Assembly: GCA_028696065.1 (NCBI GenBank)
Contig: JAQVHT010000007.1
Coordinates: 20,105 to 44,104, forward strand
Length of the DNA stretch: 24,000 nucleotides
From: Clostridia bacterium
GTDB taxonomy: Bacteria; Bacillota; Clostridia; Caldicoprobacterales; DTU083
Reading direction: 5' to 3'
The notes under the pieces are model-generated. The model saw only the letters and a list, made by a program, of their open reading frames with translations. It was not told the origin of the DNA and ran no database searches. Both the position numbers and the translations under genes were made by a program. Every line of letters begins with the position of its first letter. Within the stretch, counting starts at the first letter, position 1. Shown piece after piece: positions 7,968 through 16,148 of this stretch.

Positions 7968-9683
7968 CTATTTGGCTATATTTGCACTCTCAATTAAATC
8001 CCTTGCATGTCCTAGGCTTAGGTCTGTAATTTTTACCCCACCTAGCATACGGGCTATAGTTCTTATCCTTTCTTCATAAGTTAGCTCAGTTACCTGTGTA
8101 TTGGTTTGCTCCTTCTTGACCACTTTGTGAATTTCAAAATGCCTGTCTGCCATAGAAGCAATTTGAGGTAAGTGGGTCACTGTTATAACTTGATGCTGTT
8201 TAGAAATCTTGCCTATTTTTTCAGCTACTTTCTGAGCTGTATGCCCGCTTATACCTACATCTATTTCATCAAAAATCATAGTTGGTACCTGGTCCTTGTC
8301 ACCTAAAATAGTCTTTAGTGCTAGCATTACTCTTGACATTTCACCGCCAGATATTATTTTAGCAAGAGGCTTTAGAGGTTCACCAGGATTTGCAGATATG
8401 AGAAATTCTACTGTATCGTAACCATTCTCAGTTATATATAAATTTGACTGATCACTATCTAAATCTGCTTCTTGTACTAAAACACTAAATCTAGCCTCAT
8501 TCATATTTAGGTCTTTAAGTTGCTTTACTAAACCCTTTTCAAGCTTTTTGGCATATTGTCTCCTAATATTTGATATCTTCTTGCACTGAGTTAGGACCTC
8601 TGTATAGACCCTATTACATTCACTTTCTAGTTTTTCTAATTTTGATTGACTATCTTCTAGCATTTGATACTCTGCTTCTAGTTTGTCTTTAAAGTCTAGA
8701 ATCTCTCTTATTGAGTTTCCGTATTTTCTTTTTAAGTTTTTAATCTGTTGTAATCTTTCTTCTATTTCTTCGATTCTAGAGGGTTCATGGTTTAAGTTGT
8801 CCTTATAGTCACGTAGCATTATTGTGACATCTTCAAGAGTGAATTGCATATTATTCAGCTGCATGACAATGTCTTCTAGAGACTTGTCTATTTCCTTAGC
8901 AGTTTCTAGTTGCTTAATGACTTCGGCTAGTTTATCCATAATTGATGGATTATCCATACTACCTGTATATAAATTTTGGTATGCACAGTTTGTAGAATTG
9001 ATTACTTTCTCGGCATTCAAAAGAAGATTTAGTTCATTTTTTAAGTTTTCTTCTTCATCAAGTGCTAGATTGGCCTCGCTTATCTCATTTATTTGATATA
9101 GGAGCAGATCCATCTGCCTTACACCATCTTTGTTTATACCCTTTATCCTCTTTATTTCTTTCTCAATCTTTTTCCACTCATGATACTTTTCTTTAAGAAG
9201 GGACTTTTCCTTATCCAATTCATTCTTACCAAATTGGTCTATAAAATCTATATGGGATTCTGTATTGAGGAGGTACTGATGCTGGTGCTGTCCATGAACA
9301 TCTACAAGATGCTTGGTTAATTCTCTTAACATAGTTAGAGTAACTGTTCTACCATTAACCCTACATAGGTTCTTACCCTGAACTGTAAGCTCACGGACAA
9401 GCAATAGGCTACCATCTGGCTCACTTGTAATGCCAAACTCTTCTAAAATTTTATTGACCGGTGACTTACTAGCTATAGTAAATAAAAGTTCTACCCTTGC
9501 ATAATCTTTGCCACTTTGTATAAGGTCACGGTCTGCCCTCTCTCCTAAGGCTAAATTAACAGAGTCTATTATAATTGATTTACCCGCTCCTGTTTCTCCT
9601 GTTAAGACATTGAATCCTTTATGAAAGTCGATACTTAATTCATCTATTAGTGCAATGTTTTTGATCAAGATTTGACTAATCAT
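7968..9683 (-). CDS. recN: DNA repair protein RecN
   Basis: 571 aa, with Walker A GETGAGKS, a long central coiled coil, and the C-terminal SMC-like signature SGGEMSRVMLALK and Walker B MIFDEID. Confidence 0.95.
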   Translation of the reverse strand: MISQILIKNIALIDELSIDFHKGFNVLTGETGAGKSIIIDSVNLALGERADRDLIQSGKDYARVELLFTIASKSPVNKILEEFGITSEPDGSLLLVRELTVQGKNLCRVNGRTVTLTMLRELTKHLVDVHGQHQHQYLLNTESHIDFIDQFGKNELDKEKSLLKEKYHEWKKIEKEIKRIKGINKDGVRQMDLLLYQINEISEANLALDEEENLKNELNLLLNAEKVINSTNCAYQNLYTGSMDNPSIMDKLAEVIKQLETAKEIDKSLEDIVMQLNNMQFTLEDVTIMLRDYKDNLNHEPSRIEEIEERLQQIKNLKRKYGNSIREILDFKDKLEAEYQMLEDSQSKLEKLESECNRVYTEVLTQCKKISNIRRQYAKKLEKGLVKQLKDLNMNEARFSVLVQEADLDSDQSNLYITENGYDTVEFLISANPGEPLKPLAKIISGGEMSRVMLALKTILGDKDQVPTMIFDEIDVGISGHTAQKVAEKIGKISKQHQVITVTHLPQIASMADRHFEIHKVVKKEQTNTQVTELTYEERIRTIARMLGGVKITDLSLGHARDLIESANIAK

Positions 9684-9701
9684 ATGATCCCCCTATAAGA
9701 T

Positions 9702-10151
9702 TTATCCTCGCATGTTGTTAAAACGCTTCATTACAGATTCGACCATGTTGTTGTCCCTTAATACTACTAAGATTGTATCATCTCCAGCTATACAACCGAT
9801 AATCTCACTCCAGTTTAGGGCATCAATTGCAGAAGCTGCTGCTTGAGCCCCTGCTACAATAGTTTTTATTACGATAAGATTATTTGCATGTTCTATCGAT
9901 AGTACAGATTCAGAAAAGACCCTATTTAGTCTTTCAGATATAGATTTATCTGTATGGTTCATGGAGGTGTATTTTTGCACCCCATTAGGTGAAAGAACCT
10001 TTACTAGTCTCAGTTCTTTTATATCCCTCGATACCGTAGCCTGTGTTATTTTCATACCGGTCTTGCGTAACTCATTAGCCAATTCCTCTTGGGTTTCTAT
10101 ATCTTTTTCCTCAATAATTTTAAGAATCTGTGCATGCCTCTTAAACTTCAT
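9702..10151 (-). CDS. argR: Arginine repressor ArgR/AhrC
   Basis: 149 aa. N-terminal winged helix (RHAQILKIIEEKDIETQEELANELRKTGMKITQATVSRDIKEL) and a C-terminal oligomerisation domain (GCIAGDDTILVV). Confidence 0.92.
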   Translation of the reverse strand: MKFKRHAQILKIIEEKDIETQEELANELRKTGMKITQATVSRDIKELRLVKVLSPNGVQKYTSMNHTDKSISERLNRVFSESVLSIEHANNLIVIKTIVAGAQAAASAIDALNWSEIIGCIAGDDTILVVLRDNNMVESVMKRFNNMRG

Positions 10152-10170
10152 ATAGATACCTTCTTCCTAA

Positions 10171-11028
10171 TCAATTGTTTGGTCGCTCTGAAAGTTTGTT
10201 ACGTAACAGGGTATAAAAACCCCTATTATTTAGCTTAATTAGCTTGGTAACACAAGGTGCCTTACTTATAGATACTGTATCCATATAGGCGAGTTCTTCG
10301 CCATCTTGGCCATCAACAGTAATTAGGACATCTGAGCTTTTATCCTTGTTTACTATGTCTATCTTTGAGCTGTTAGCAGTAACAATTGGTCTTGAGCTCA
10401 GTGTATGAGGACATATTGGTGTCATCAGTAAGCATTCCATTTCAGGGTCAATAACAGGTCCCCCAGCTGATAGAGAATAGGCGGTTGAACCAGTAGGACT
10501 CGATACTAAAAGACCATCTGCAGAATAATGATTTACCATTATATCATTAATATAGGCAGTAAGCTGGATTATACGTGAGAATGAACCCTTGGCGACAGCA
10601 ATATCATTTAAGGCTAAGTAGTGGCTTATCACTTTTCCCTGCCTTTTTAGCTTGGCCTCTAGCATCATCCGCTCTTCTATAATATAGCTACCATCTATTA
10701 ATGACTCTAGGGTCTTTTCAAAGTCAGCTATTTCAGCTTCGGCTAGATAGCCCATCCTACCTAGGTTAATGCCTAAAATGGGCTTTCCGTTAATAGCGGC
10801 TTTTCTAGCAGTTTGGAGTATCGTACCATCTCCACCTAATACCAGTATCAAGTCAGATTGCTTATAGAATTCTTCATCAGTGCATACAATACCTTTTTTT
10901 ATTAGCTTATATAGGGGTGATGATAAGTACACATGTAAGGAATGCTTTTCTATAGAATTTACAATTTCAAGTGTTTTGCTCCCATCTGTGTCCTTAGTTA
11001 TATTTGATATGAGTCCTATTTTACGCAT
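10171..11028 (-). CDS. nadK: NAD+ kinase
   Basis: 285 aa with the GGDGT motif (LVLGGDGTILQTARKA) and the NDI...DGLLVSSPTGSTAYSLSAGGP signature. Confidence 0.93.
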   Translation of the reverse strand: MRKIGLISNITKDTDGSKTLEIVNSIEKHSLHVYLSSPLYKLIKKGIVCTDEEFYKQSDLILVLGGDGTILQTARKAAINGKPILGINLGRMGYLAEAEIADFEKTLESLIDGSYIIEERMMLEAKLKRQGKVISHYLALNDIAVAKGSFSRIIQLTAYINDIMVNHYSADGLLVSSPTGSTAYSLSAGGPVIDPEMECLLMTPICPHTLSSRPIVTANSSKIDIVNKDKSSDVLITVDGQDGEELAYMDTVSISKAPCVTKLIKLNNRGFYTLLRNKLSERPNN

Positions 11029-11037
11029 ATATTCACC

Positions 11038-11853
11038 TTACCTTAGTAAACTATGGGCCTTTTTTACGGTTTCATTAACTTTACCGTCTGTTATTATATG
11101 GTCTTCTAGATTGCCCTTGTATAAGTGAAGGAGAAACTCTATGTTCCCCTCTGGTCCGGTAATTGGGGAAAAATCAAGATTTACAGGTGTTAGCCCCATA
11201 CTTTCTGCAAAGGTTAGCATGGATATTAAAACTTCTATATGTAGGTTTTCATCTCTTACAACACCTTTTTTACCTACCTTTCCCTTGCCCACCTCGAACT
11301 GTGGTTTTACAAGGGCAATAATATTAGCCTTATTTCTAATTATATCCTTTATAACTGGTAATACAAGCTTTAAGGATATAAAGGATACATCTATGACTGC
11401 ACCATCTATAGGATCCTTTATTTGTGCTTTATTTAAATTGCGAATATTGGTCCTTTCCATAACTATAACTCTTTTATCCTGCCTAAGCTCCCAGGCAAGC
11501 TGTCCATATCCAACATCTATAGCATAAACCTTTTCTGCACCATTTTTTAGTAGACAATCAGTAAAGCCTCCGGTAGAAGCTCCAATGTCAAGAAAGTTGA
11601 GTCCCTTTACTGGAAAGTCAAATAAATCTAAGGCCTTTTCTAGCTTTAAACCCCCTCTGCTTACATATGGGTTGGGATTGCCCTTTATTTCTATAGCCAG
11701 GTCTGTATCTATTCTAGTACCTGGTTTATCAATCCTCTGCTCGTTTACAAAAACCAGGCCTGCCATTATCATCTTCTTGGCTTTTTCTCTTGTGGCTGCT
11801 AAATTTTTATCTACAAGAACTACATCAAGGCGTTCTTTTTTTGAACCCTTCAT
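11038..11853 (-). CDS. tlyA: TlyA-family rRNA 2'-O-methyltransferase (S4 + FtsJ-like domains)
   Basis: From M16 of the track ORF: MKGSKKERLDVVLVDKNLAATREKAKKMIMAG (S4 domain), then the DIGASTGGFTD SAM-binding motif. Using ATG 11853 gives a 29-nt overlap with dxs. Confidence 0.88.
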   Translation of the reverse strand: MKGSKKERLDVVLVDKNLAATREKAKKMIMAGLVFVNEQRIDKPGTRIDTDLAIEIKGNPNPYVSRGGLKLEKALDLFDFPVKGLNFLDIGASTGGFTDCLLKNGAEKVYAIDVGYGQLAWELRQDKRVIVMERTNIRNLNKAQIKDPIDGAVIDVSFISLKLVLPVIKDIIRNKANIIALVKPQFEVGKGKVGKKGVVRDENLHIEVLISMLTFAESMGLTPVNLDFSPITGPEGNIEFLLHLYKGNLEDHIITDGKVNETVKKAHSLLR

Positions 11854-13735
11854 ACAGGCTCTCCCTTCTTCTTTCATCAAAAACAGAGTAAATATCACTA
11901 GCTATGCTATCTGGATCAAGCTTTAAGTTAAGTCTTAACTCTGCTACAGATCCATGTTCTATAAAAATATCAGGTATTCCATAGTTTATTACCTGTATTC
12001 CTAGTTGATTTGACATCACATAATTATTAATACTAGAACCAAAGCCACCTGTTATTACATTGTCCTCGATAGTGACCCAAAGAGAAGATTTATTTTTTAG
12101 TATATTTAGCATGGTTAAATCAAGGGGTTTAATTACTCGTGCATTTACAAGGCAAGCCTTGATATTATGATTTAACAATAGGTTTCTAACTGCAAGACCT
12201 GTTTCTAGCATAGGACCTATTGCTAAAATAACTAGGTCATATCCTTCTTTGATAATCTCCCAATCTAAGTTAACTATTGGCTTATTGGGTAAATCCTCAA
12301 TAAGGCCTCCCTGCCCCTTTGGATATCGGATTACAGTTGGACCATCTAATGATAATGAATATTCAAGCATACTAGCAAGCTCAAATGTATTCTTAGGTGC
12401 CATTAGGGTAATGTTTGGTATCTGTTGTAGGTAGCTTATATCAAATACCCCTTGGTGGGTCTCGCCATCCTCACCTGTTAAACCTGCCCTATCAACAGCA
12501 AATACCACGGGTAAGTTTTGCTGGCATACGTCATGCAGGATTTGATCATATGCCCTTTGTAGAAAGGTTGAGTATATGGCTACAACTGGCCTTAAGCCAT
12601 TGATAGCTAGGCCGGCGGCCATTGTTACTGCATGTTGCTCTGCAATTCCAACATCAAAAAAACGATTGGGGTATTTTTTCTTAAACTCGCTTAGGCCAGT
12701 TCCATCTGGCATAGCTGCACTTATAGCTACTATTTTGGGATTATCCTTAGCGAGGCTCAATAGTTTACTACCAAATGCTGATGAATAGGTAATCACAGGA
12801 TTTGTCTCAGGTTGGCAACCAAAGTCTAAATCAAAGGGTGCAACTCCATGGTATTGCTCAGGATTTTCTTCTGAATAATCGTAACCCTTTCCCTTGGTAG
12901 TTAATACATGTATAAAAACAGGACCCTCTAGCTTCTTTGCTTGCCTTAGGGTGGTTGTTAAACTCTTTATATCGTGACCATTTACCGGCCCTATATAAGT
13001 AAAGCCCATCTCTTCAAAAATAATGCCAGGTAAAAATAGGTATTTAAAAGAGTTTTTTAATTTCTCTATCATTTTAGAAATGTGCTTGCCTATTAAGGGG
13101 ACTCCAGAGAGTATGGATGCAACCTGTCTTTTAAACACTCTATACCTAGGGTTTGATCTTATTCTTGTCAAGTGCTTTGAAAGAGCGCCGACATTTTCCG
13201 ATATGGACATATTATTGTCATTTAGTATGACAGTAATATTTGTCTCAGAATGTCCTACATCATTCATTGCCTCAAAAGCCATACCACCAGTTAAGGCGCC
13301 ATCACCAATTACTGCTATAACATGAGAATTTTCATTCTTTAAATCTCTAGCACGGGCCATACCTATGGCAGCAGAAATTGATGTACTACTATGTCCAGTT
13401 TCAAATACATCATGGACACTTTCCTTTCTTTTAGGAAAGCCGCTAAGGCCCCCATATGAACGCAAGGTATGGAAGCTATCTTTTCTGTTGGTTAGTATCT
13501 TGTGAACATAGGATTGATGGCCAACATCCCATATTATTTTATCTTTTGGACTATTATATATGTAATGGAGGGCAATTGTTAACTCAACAACCCCAAGATT
13601 TGAAGCAAGGTGTCCTCCTGTAATAGATACGTATTTTAAAATAAAGTTTCGAATTTCTTCTGCTAATATATCAAGCTTGTCATGGTCCAACTCTTTTAGG
13701 TCTTTTGGATCATTTATCTGATCAAGCAACTTCAT
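11825..13735 (-). CDS. dxs: 1-deoxy-D-xylulose-5-phosphate synthase
   Basis: 636 aa. TPP-binding motifs (GHSSTSISAAIGMA, GDGALTGGMAFEA), a transketolase-like pyrimidine-binding domain, and AAGGAG upstream of ATG 13735. Confidence 0.96.
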   Translation of the reverse strand: MKLLDQINDPKDLKELDHDKLDILAEEIRNFILKYVSITGGHLASNLGVVELTIALHYIYNSPKDKIIWDVGHQSYVHKILTNRKDSFHTLRSYGGLSGFPKRKESVHDVFETGHSSTSISAAIGMARARDLKNENSHVIAVIGDGALTGGMAFEAMNDVGHSETNITVILNDNNMSISENVGALSKHLTRIRSNPRYRVFKRQVASILSGVPLIGKHISKMIEKLKNSFKYLFLPGIIFEEMGFTYIGPVNGHDIKSLTTTLRQAKKLEGPVFIHVLTTKGKGYDYSEENPEQYHGVAPFDLDFGCQPETNPVITYSSAFGSKLLSLAKDNPKIVAISAAMPDGTGLSEFKKKYPNRFFDVGIAEQHAVTMAAGLAINGLRPVVAIYSTFLQRAYDQILHDVCQQNLPVVFAVDRAGLTGEDGETHQGVFDISYLQQIPNITLMAPKNTFELASMLEYSLSLDGPTVIRYPKGQGGLIEDLPNKPIVNLDWEIIKEGYDLVILAIGPMLETGLAVRNLLLNHNIKACLVNARVIKPLDLTMLNILKNKSSLWVTIEDNVITGGFGSSINNYVMSNQLGIQVINYGIPDIFIEHGSVAELRLNLKLDPDSIASDIYSVFDERRRESLYEGFKKRTP

Positions 13736-13768
13736 ATTCTGTGTCTCCTTTAGCTTCTTTAGCAGTGG

Positions 13769-14344
13769 CTATTTCAGTTCGCCTCTTAATAAAGAAATTA
13801 AATACCCTACATAGTACACAATATTCTGGCTTTGCCGTATTGCTAAGGATTTTCCTAGTGCCTTTCCCCCTACAGTAAAGGCTGCAATTAGGCTACTTAC
13901 TAGTATTGCAAACATTGTAGGGTTCCATCTAATAGTATTAGAGCTCAGTCTCATTATGAGTATACTACCTGCAGACCCACTTATTATACTGCATATATCA
14001 CCTACTACGTCATTACAAAAACTCGATACCTGATCTGCCTTTCTAATCAATCTAACAGCGTTTATTGCCCCTCGCTTCTTTTTTGAAGCCATTGATAAAA
14101 AGGGAACCTCAGAAGCAGCTGTTACTGCTATACCTATTATATCAAATACAACTCCTATTATTATAATAACAATTAGGGTAACTAGTGATGTTGTAATGCT
14201 AAAGCCTTCCATTAATGAGCTAGAACCCAAGCTTAGAAAGCTTGCAATAAAAAAAGTAAGTATGAAAACCTTAAGAGGCCAGTATTTTCTGTGATTAGCC
14301 TTTTTGTCAGTATTTTTTTGCTTCTTTTTGTCCTGTTTAGTCAA
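13769..14344 (-). CDS. oapA: OLE-associated membrane protein OapA (4-TM)
   Basis: 191 aa from a TTG start with GGAGAG 8 nt upstream. It has a Lys-rich N-terminal tail (MTKQDKKKQKNTDKKANHRKY) and four hydrophobic segments. It sits immediately 3' of the structured RNA and 5' of dxs, which is the position reported for oapA in OLE-containing Firmicutes. No family search was run. Confidence 0.7.
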   Translation of the reverse strand: MTKQDKKKQKNTDKKANHRKYWPLKVFILTFFIASFLSLGSSSLMEGFSITTSLVTLIVIIIIGVVFDIIGIAVTAASEVPFLSMASKKKRGAINAVRLIRKADQVSSFCNDVVGDICSIISGSAGSILIMRLSSNTIRWNPTMFAILVSSLIAAFTVGGKALGKSLAIRQSQNIVYYVGYLISLLRGELK

Positions 14345-14370
14345 ATTGCACTACTCTCCATATAAATATT

Positions 14371-14940
14371 TCCGATGACAATATGCTGAGTAAACTTTGC
14401 GGCTTAGGTCCAGTAGGTTTTCCCGATAAACTGCCCCTCGTCGCCGACGGGGTGGTTTCCCTTTAAAGTCTAACTTACTGTATCGCTAGCAGTAAAACTG
14501 GATCACCACTTAGTCCACACTGTAATCCTCAGCATACTATACCAGTCTAGGAGATTTCCTCAACAGTCATACCAAATTCTATCCTCTTTTGCAGGAAAGG
14601 TTTCAAACAACAATAGCAAACCGATAATGGATCCCTTACCCTTTTGCTCGATTTGTAATCCGCTCTCCCCCACTCAAGGCAGGCTACACTGTACACAGCT
14701 ATTAACCGCAATACAGGTTTAATCCCAAGTAGTAGTAGCTAACCACCTGCTTGGGTCTCCACGGAAGCTGGGTCAACGCCCGCATGCCATTGCGGATCGC
14801 CCTTCTTCCTTAACTCCCAGCACCGACTCCCGACTGGGCGTCAGGGGCCAGCACCAGAAACTTCATCGATATGCCCTTTAACGGATTTTTAGCCCCGTCT
14901 TCAAACTTGGTTGTACTGACTAGAATACTGTAGCATCGGA
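14371..14940 (-). ncRNA. ole: OLE (ornate, large, extremophilic) RNA
   Basis: (1) ~650-nt gap with no track ORF in any frame. (2) G+C is visibly higher than the flanks (by-eye estimate; single 60-nt lines range from 38% to 58%). (3) A terminal helix joins the two ends: 14934-14940 pairs with 14371-14377, and 14925-14931 pairs with 14378-14384. The second pairing includes a G-U wobble that exists only in the minus-strand transcript. (4) There are many internal hairpins, including a GCGA (GNRA) tetraloop stem at 14434-14452, CCCAAG...CUUGGG at 14724-14755, and CCGCA...UGCGG at 14780-14795. (5) The ispA | RNA | oapA | dxs synteny is characteristic of OLE. Confidence 0.8.
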
Positions 14941-14946
14941 GAAACT

Positions 14947-14975
14947 ATTATATCATAAATGAAAATACCTTTCAA
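14947..14975 (-). promoter_or_regulatory. Near-consensus sigma-A promoter directly upstream of the OLE RNA
   Basis: The minus strand reads TTGAAA (14975..14970), a 17-nt spacer, then TATAAT (14952..14947). The predicted TSS falls within a few nt of the 5' strand of the terminal helix at 14940. Confidence 0.6.
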
Positions 14976-14999
14976 TTTGTAGTATTTAGATAATTTTAC

Positions 15000-15893
15000 T
15001 TAGCTGGTTCTATCAACAATCATATGGGCCATCTGCATTAGAAAGCTTGATTTATTACCAAAGCAGTCAATACTTGAAACTGCCTCATCTATAAGGTCTC
15101 TAGCCATTTTCTTTGATGCCTCTAGGCCAAACCTATCAGGATAGGTTTTCTTACCCATAAGGGCATCACTGCCTGGTTCTTTGCCAATATTTGACCTACT
15201 TCCTGTAACATCGAGGATATCGTCTGTAATTTGAAAGGCTAGCCCAATTGATTCTCCGTAAGACAAAATAGCCTGAATCTGACTCTTGTCATCGGTATTA
15301 AGCAAGACTCCAGCATGTAGGGAGGCTTTTATAAGGGCACCTGTTTTGTGCCTATGAATATATTCTAAGCTATCAAATGATATATCCTTATTACTTTCGT
15401 TATTGACATCTACAACCTGACCTCCTACCATACCTGACATGCCTGCTGCCTTAGCAATAACAGTCATTGCCTTTAAATACCTATATCCTTGTTCAGCTTC
15501 AACTGGTAGGTTTTCTAGCATGGTTTCATAGGCTAGGTTTAGTAGGGCATCTCCTGTTAAGATAGCCATAGCCTCTCCAAATTTCTTATGGCTTGTTAGT
15601 TTTCCACGACGATAATCGTCATTGTCCATAGCTGGTAGATCATCATGAATTAAGGAATATGTATGTATCATTTCAACTGCACATGCCATAGCCATTGTGT
15701 GCTCATTAACAGGCCCGAATAAATCATTAGCAGCTAATAAAAGAATTGGTCTTAACCTCTTTCCTCCTGCTAACAGACTGTATCTGATTGACTCTAGTAG
15801 GTCCTTTGGACAATCATTACAGTTACTTGTAAGTGCTTGAAGTTTTGAATCAATTATCTCTTTTTTCCTTTGGTAGTCCGCTTTAAAGCTCAT
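15000..15893 (-). CDS. ispA: Farnesyl/geranylgeranyl diphosphate synthase (polyprenyl synthetase)
   Basis: 297 aa with the first Asp-rich motif LIHDDLPAMDNDDYRRGK and the second FQITDDILD. The ATG directly abuts the xseB stop. Confidence 0.93.
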   Translation of the reverse strand: MSFKADYQRKKEIIDSKLQALTSNCNDCPKDLLESIRYSLLAGGKRLRPILLLAANDLFGPVNEHTMAMACAVEMIHTYSLIHDDLPAMDNDDYRRGKLTSHKKFGEAMAILTGDALLNLAYETMLENLPVEAEQGYRYLKAMTVIAKAAGMSGMVGGQVVDVNNESNKDISFDSLEYIHRHKTGALIKASLHAGVLLNTDDKSQIQAILSYGESIGLAFQITDDILDVTGSRSNIGKEPGSDALMGKKTYPDRFGLEASKKMARDLIDEAVSSIDCFGNKSSFLMQMAHMIVDRTS

Positions 15894-16148
15894 TTATGGT
15901 AGCTCCTTGCTATTTATATCAAAGTCTATTTCTAATAACTTATCATCACTATCCTTGTATAACTGTTTAACAACACCCTGAGCATGAGTAAGTTTTTCAT
16001 TACAAACTTGTGTCAGGCTTATACCCCTTTTAAATAAGTCAAGAGCCTTTTCAAGGGGAATATCTCCTGCTTCTAGGCTAGATACTATTTGCTCTAGCTC
16101 TCTTATGGCCTGCTCAAAGGACAGATCTTCATTTGTCTTTCCACCCAT
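15894..16148 (-). CDS. xseB: Exodeoxyribonuclease VII small subunit
   Basis: From M10 of the track ORF: MGGKTNEDLSFEQAIRELEQIVSSLEAGDIPLEKALDLFKRGISL, a typical XseB sequence. GGTGGTGA is the SD. The 5' end overlaps the xseA 3' end by 20 nt. Confidence 0.9.
   Translation of the reverse strand: MGGKTNEDLSFEQAIRELEQIVSSLEAGDIPLEKALDLFKRGISLTQVCNEKLTHAQGVVKQLYKDSDDKLLEIDFDINSKELP

Noticed and set aside
11141-11926. Plus-strand ORFs of 128 aa and 113 aa. The same applies to the other 60-113 aa plus-strand ORFs in the track, for example 3571-3765, 8824-9096, 13023-13325, 19243-19584 and 23360-23608.
   Set aside because: Each lies fully inside a well-supported minus-strand gene. Each has low-complexity S/L/F/I-rich composition typical of antisense frames in AT-rich DNA, and I saw no SD or promoter context. 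I treat them as shadow ORFs.
14810-14866. 18-codon minus-strand mini-ORF (MKFLVLAPDAQSGVGAGS) inside the structured RNA.
   Set aside because: There is no Shine-Dalgarno upstream, and it is buried in the most GC-rich, helix-forming part of the element. Chance ORFs of this size are expected.
14345-14999. Alternative identities for the non-coding region: RNase P RNA, tmRNA, group II intron fragment, riboswitch or T-box leader, or decayed pseudogene.
   Set aside because: A GAGGAAA stretch is present, but the RNase P GAGGAAAGUCC motif is not. There is no tmRNA tag ORF or tRNA-like ends. It is too short, and lacks a recognisable domain V, for a group II intron. It is far too long for a riboswitch leader, and the end-to-end closing helix argues for a discrete RNA. 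The gene context points specifically to OLE.
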